A program made the translations under genes and the position numbers. The notes under the pieces are model-generated. The model made no database searches. It was not told the origin of the DNA and was given only the letters and a program-made list of their open reading frames with translations. Positions 54,354-56,553 of a stretch of 56,553 nucleotides of DNA are shown piece after piece (position 1 is the stretch's first letter; every line of letters starts with the position of its first letter). The stretch spans positions 1-56,553 of the forward strand of contig DAONFW010000006.1 of NCBI GenBank assembly GCA_035403785.1, given 5' to 3'. The DNA comes from Minisyncoccota bacterium. GTDB lineage: Bacteria; Patescibacteriota; Minisyncoccia; Phycocordibacterales; UBA9973.

Positions 54354-55728
54354 ATTTGTATTCTTCTATAAATTTGACTAAAGCTGCAACCGGTGAACCA
54401 ACTGCACCAGCTGCTAGATTATCTCCAGAAATAGAAACCATCCTAGGTGCAATATCTATATGCAGCCAATTTTCATCTTTTATAAACTGCTCTAAAAATT
54501 TTGCAGCGTAAATCACACCGCCAGAACGCGATTCTTTATTGTGAATATTAGTCCAATCACCCAAACTGCCTTTTATCTCATTTTCATATTCTTCCCAAAG
54601 TGGAAACTGCCAAAAATATTCTCCAGTTTTCTCTCCAGCTGTCTTAATTTTATCAGATAAAAAATCTTCACTTGAAAAAACAGCAGAAGCTCTTTCGCCC
54701 AATGCAACGACAGCCGCGCCAGTCAAAGTCGCAACATCTATTACAACTTCTGGCTTATATTTTTTTGAATAAGTTAAAGCATCGGCCAAAATTATTCTTC
54801 CTTCTGCGTCTGTGTTCAAAACTTCAATAGTCTGTCCAGACATAGAATAAATTACATCGCCCGGTCTGTAACTTTTTCCCGATGGCATATTCTCAACAGA
54901 CGGAATAAGAGCTATCACATTCTTTTTTAATTTCATTTTTGCACACAAAGCAACAGCATGAATCACAGCGGACCCACCAGACATATCCATATTCATTCCA
55001 GCCAGAGAGTTATTTGGTTTCAAATTTATTCCACCAGTGTCAAAAGTTACACCTTTTCCAACCAAAACAATCGGCTTTTCTGATTTCTTACCACCAAAAT
55101 ATTCTATAATTATAAATTTAGATTCTTCGTCTGATCCGCGACCAACAGATAAAATAGCGCGCATATTTTGTTTTTCCATTTCTTTTTCACCCAAAACAGT
55201 CACTTTCACTGGTAAATTTTTTACCGCCTCTTTTGCCTTCTGCGCTAGAATTCCTGGCGTCATGTCGCCACCTGGCATATTTGATAAAGTTCTAGTTTTA
55301 TTAACTTCTTCTGCAATCACGTGCCCTTTTAAGATAGCTTTTTCTGTTTCTTTAAAAACGCCCAAAACATTTACTTCTTTTACAAAAGTACCTTCTTTCT
55401 TTGATTTATATTCAAGAAATTCATAATTTGCAAAATCCAACTGTGAGCCAATTATTTCACCAAGTTCAGCGTCAGAAATTTTTATATCTTTAAATTTAAA
55501 ATCATTAAAATCAAAACAAATCTTTTCAGCTTTTGCTTTCTTTGCAATTAAAATAACTTTTCTAATCAGCAAAAATAATTTGCGCAAAGTCATTTTTTCA
55601 TCGCATTTTACAAAAAGAGTTTTTCTGCCGTCTTCTTTGACTATTTCATCTTGATTCTTGCTACCCACAGAAACAAAAACAAATTCTTTTTCATTTATAT
55701 TATTTAATGTTTTGAAAGTTATTTTCAT
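54352..55728 (-). CDS. pepA: M17 leucyl aminopeptidase
   Basis: NTDAEGRIILADAL signature plus VGKGVTFDTGG, 458 aa. Confidence 0.93.
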   Translation of the reverse strand: MKITFKTLNNINEKEFVFVSVGSKNQDEIVKEDGRKTLFVKCDEKMTLRKLFLLIRKVILIAKKAKAEKICFDFNDFKFKDIKISDAELGEIIGSQLDFANYEFLEYKSKKEGTFVKEVNVLGVFKETEKAILKGHVIAEEVNKTRTLSNMPGGDMTPGILAQKAKEAVKNLPVKVTVLGEKEMEKQNMRAILSVGRGSDEESKFIIIEYFGGKKSEKPIVLVGKGVTFDTGGINLKPNNSLAGMNMDMSGGSAVIHAVALCAKMKLKKNVIALIPSVENMPSGKSYRPGDVIYSMSGQTIEVLNTDAEGRIILADALTYSKKYKPEVVIDVATLTGAAVVALGERASAVFSSEDFLSDKIKTAGEKTGEYFWQFPLWEEYENEIKGSLGDWTNIHNKESRSGGVIYAAKFLEQFIKDENWLHIDIAPRMVSISGDNLAAGAVGSPVAALVKFIEEYK

Positions 55729-55740
55729 GATATTTATCTA

Positions 55741-56490
55741 TTAATAATTTAATAATTCTTTTATTGGTCTAAATTTATTATCTTTTTTTAGTTTTTCTTC
55801 AAAATATCTTTTATCTTTCCAATACACTTTATAAGCATTTGCGGATTGTTTTGAATTAATAATACGATAATTGTCCCCAACAATTTCTATCGCGCAACAA
55901 TTGTCTAATGCAATTGCCGCACTTTTGGTTTTTTTCATTAATATTTTTAATTCTGGTTTTCGATCTTTTTCAACATCATAATGCGGACAAGATACAGCTG
56001 AGATAAAATTTAAACCGCTAACTTTTATTAAACTAGCCTTAGGATCATAAAATTTTTTAGAATCTGAGCTTGCATATTTAAACCAACAAACAGCACCAGC
56101 ACTTAAACCAGAAAACACCACTCCTTTTTTAATCGCTTTTTTAAAAATTTTATCAACTCCTTTTCTCTTCCATATATTCATCATTTTAAGAGTATTACCA
56201 CCACCAACGTAAACAATATCTGCCGATAAAATCTTTTTTTCAATATCTTTTTTAGAAATTTTTTCTTTCAATAAAAGCAAATTATCTACTTTACATTTAA
56301 GTTTTTTACCAAAGTAATTCTGCGCAACAGAAACATAGCCTTCAGAATCAGAACTAGCCGTCGGTACAAAAAGTAATTTAGGATTTTTTTTACCTGTTAA
56401 TTTAATTATTTCCCGATCTATCTTTTTTGTTTCTATTTTATGACCAGGTCTTCCTATTTCCCCTCCACCAATAGCTATTATTTTCCTCAT
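55741..56490 (-). CDS. S51-family peptidase (dipeptidase E / cyanophycinase-like)
   Basis: IIAIGGGE N-terminus, VYVGGGNT, and the nucleophile elbow GLSAGA. Confidence 0.75.
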   Translation of the reverse strand: MRKIIAIGGGEIGRPGHKIETKKIDREIIKLTGKKNPKLLFVPTASSDSEGYVSVAQNYFGKKLKCKVDNLLLLKEKISKKDIEKKILSADIVYVGGGNTLKMMNIWKRKGVDKIFKKAIKKGVVFSGLSAGAVCWFKYASSDSKKFYDPKASLIKVSGLNFISAVSCPHYDVEKDRKPELKILMKKTKSAAIALDNCCAIEIVGDNYRIINSKQSANAYKVYWKDKRYFEEKLKKDNKFRPIKELLNY

Positions 56491-56498
56491 GTGTTTAT

Positions 56499-56553
56499 TT
56501 ACTCCATATTAGAAAACCTCTCATCAATTCTTTCCATATCTCTTGGAAACATT
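56499..56553 (-). CDS. 3' end of an upstream minus-strand CDS (partial, unidentified)
   Basis: One minus-strand frame is open from the window edge to TAA at 56501-56499, 8 nt before the next ATG. The frame choice is uncertain. Confidence 0.25.
   Translation of the reverse strand, partial: MFPRDMERIDERFSNME

Noticed and set aside
1-56553. Alternative genetic code (UGA recoded, as in some CPR lineages)
   Set aside because: All conserved genes are full-length under the standard code with no in-frame TGA. TGA is also used as a genuine stop: dus ends at TGA 19024-19026, right where homologues end and 12 nt before dnaX.
1-56553. CRISPR arrays, transposases or IS elements, prophage genes, toxin-antitoxin pairs and known defence systems
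   Set aside because: No regularly spaced direct repeats, no recombinase or transposase motifs and no recognisable defence gene signatures were seen on either strand. The repeats found are short hairpins or palindromes that are explained as terminators or operators.

Overview
This is a strongly AT-rich, tightly packed chromosomal segment of about 60 protein genes, many with 4-35 nt overlaps. The gene content and style look like a reduced Patescibacteria/CPR (Parcubacteria-like) genome; that assignment is inference. Standard genetic code applies.

Recognisable content:
- Cell-envelope genes: ddl, alr, an HTH-MurA fusion, ftsQ, PBP2, an S41 protease, an M23 peptidase, and an scpA-scpB-dac-mraY-ftsW-murG block.
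- Information-processing genes: rpmG, rpmA, rplI, serS, gltX, miaA, dus, def, dnaX, topA, parB, dprA, rel, and a contiguous uvrB-uvrA-uvrC.
- A MacAB/YknXYZ-like exporter, two peptidases (M17, S51), and three tRNAs (Trp-CCA, Leu-CAA, Gln-TTG).
- No rRNA, CRISPR array, transposase or integrase was seen.

Most worth a second look:
1. An orphan ~310-nt structured RNA gene (43275-43583, minus) with its own promoter and terminator, which I cannot assign to any known RNA class.
2. A ~115-nt plus-strand sRNA candidate between scpA and pepA, whose helices only work on the plus strand because of G-U wobbles.
3. An XRE-HTH::MurA fusion with an 18-bp perfect palindrome over its own promoter.
4. A compositionally foreign 448-aa ORFan next to tRNA-Gln. 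It is the only gene found here with a long leader plus a strong Shine-Dalgarno, in a genome that otherwise looks largely leaderless.
5. An ABC ATPase carrying an N-terminal YHS metal-binding module.

All functional calls come from motif recognition by eye. No database search or computation was run.
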